Source of the DNA: Minutocellus sp. GHC0000111
Lineage: Eukaryota
Length of the DNA: 64,000 bases
Direction: 5' to 3'
NCBI GenBank assembly: GCA_977018835.1
Contig: OZ361259.1
Location: 248,001-312,000, forward strand
Below the pieces are notes generated by a model, which saw only the letters and a list, made by a program, of their open reading frames with translations, had not been told where the DNA came from and made no database searches. Position numbers and translations under genes: made by a program. Of this stretch, positions 62,830 through 64,000 are shown one piece after another. How positions within the stretch are numbered: the first letter of the stretch is position 1; each line of letters opens with the position of its first letter.

Positions 62830-63026
62830 CATCGTCGTTGCGTACGATACGTACGGTAGCTACATACATGTATTGGCGATGAAGCTCAACTGATCAACTG
62901 ATAGGACCCCTACCACCTCATCTACTACATCGTCGTTGCGTACGATACGTACGGTAGCTACATACATGTATTGGCGATGAAGCTCAACTGATCAACTGAT
63001 AGGACCCCTACCACCTCATCTACTAC
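62830..63026. repeat. Two-copy 98-bp tandem duplication, apparently exact
   Basis: catcgtcgttgcgtacgatac...cctcatctacta starts at 62830 and again at 62928. Confidence 0.95.
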
Positions 63027-64000
63027 GTAGTATGTATCTCATCGTGGAAGACTTCACGCAGGGCTTTGTGTCTCTACTACCAGATAAATAATCCTGTTTC
63101 ATTTTTCTTGAAGTTGATCATCATTTCAAGGAGTTCACATGCAGAGCTCTGTAAACACACAACGAGGGTGAGTTAGTTGTTCAGTTCTTCTTGCACAATG
63201 CGCTCTTTGGTTAGAGAGCTTGAGAATGTCTTCCGAAAGGCCGAAGCGGTGCTAGTGCTGTCTTGTAAGTCGAGGGCCCTAATTGGGTTGGAGTCCAATT
63301 TCGGTTGGTACATCCAGAGGAAAAGTAATCCCTTCTCGTTTTGAACGCATTCAGCCGACGAGTAGGATCGCAAAGAATACATGTAGATCTGCGTTGGCCT
63401 AGCAATATAAAGTCAACTTTACTACTAACGCAATTGAAATGTCATTCCGTTTGTTTTCCCTCTTTCGACAACACCAGCATTTAGTTAGCTTCGTGCGCTT
63501 CGCTGACTCCTCACGCCCACACAGCTTAAAGAGGTCCGCCACGAAGATCACTGCTCTTCGAGTTACCATCGATTGAGGCAATGGTACTTCAAAGGTTTAC
63601 TACATATAAGAGCGAAGGTAACTCTTGCTACACACGACGCCCGCAATTTGACAGTAGATCAAAAGTTTTCTGGATCCCTTATTGTGATTGCTCTTCTCTT
63701 TGGTGTGTTCTTTTACATTCAGGTTTCAAGAACATACAAACTGCTTTCCACGCTCCCGACTGCACTGCCTCCGGGCGGGCGTTTATTCTCCCCGAAATAG
63801 TAACAAGTACCCATGGTCTCATCCTGCTCTAGGATGCCCTCTTGTTTTTCTGGAGATAATAGGATCTATTGCTGTCGGCGCTATTTTGGAGGTATCTCTT
63901 TATAGTCTAAGCCTCGGCGGCAGCAACCGCTTCCACTTGAATTTCTGCAGCGAGTTGTTCAACCCCCTTATCAAGATTATACCAGGCAGTTGGATACTCG

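Noticed and set aside
62830..63026. CRISPR-like array
   Set aside because: Only two adjacent copies with no spacers, in a eukaryotic context. No rRNA or tRNA genes were recognised anywhere in the window either.
1..64000. Genome-wide reassignment of TGA to an amino acid
   Set aside because: The two internal TGAs sit at Cys and Gly positions respectively, each one substitution from the expected codon. TGA also appears to be the true stop of the CENP-P-like gene (16700-16702).

Overview
Eukaryotic nuclear DNA with compact genes and short GT-AG introns. The gene content (ShKT protein, bipartite-presequence CIA30 protein) suggests a diatom or related stramenopile; this is inference. Positions 1-57083 are a head-to-tail array of a ~22.4-kb, 8-gene unit: VAMP7-like R-SNARE, Gln/Thr/Tyr-rich protein, CENP-P-like protein, SKP1, FLVCR-type MFS transporter, ShKT protein, large TPR protein and IQ-motif protein. 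I call the units alpha (partial, 1-11644), beta (11645-34103) and gamma (34104-56508). The array ends in an extra ~570-bp piece carrying VAMP exon 1, flanked by a 7-bp direct repeat GCTGGGC. Removing that piece rejoins an orphan ORF (57070-57381) in frame to the IQ gene, which suggests how the array arose. Positions 57084-64000 are single-copy within the window: a multi-pass membrane gene, a diverged IQ paralogue, a CIA30-domain gene, a 98-bp tandem duplication and unassignable sequence. Many genes carry frameshifts or in-frame TGA codons, including a TGA exactly at a conserved Cys of the fourth ShKT domain in all three copies. All comparisons and family calls were made by eye, without searches.
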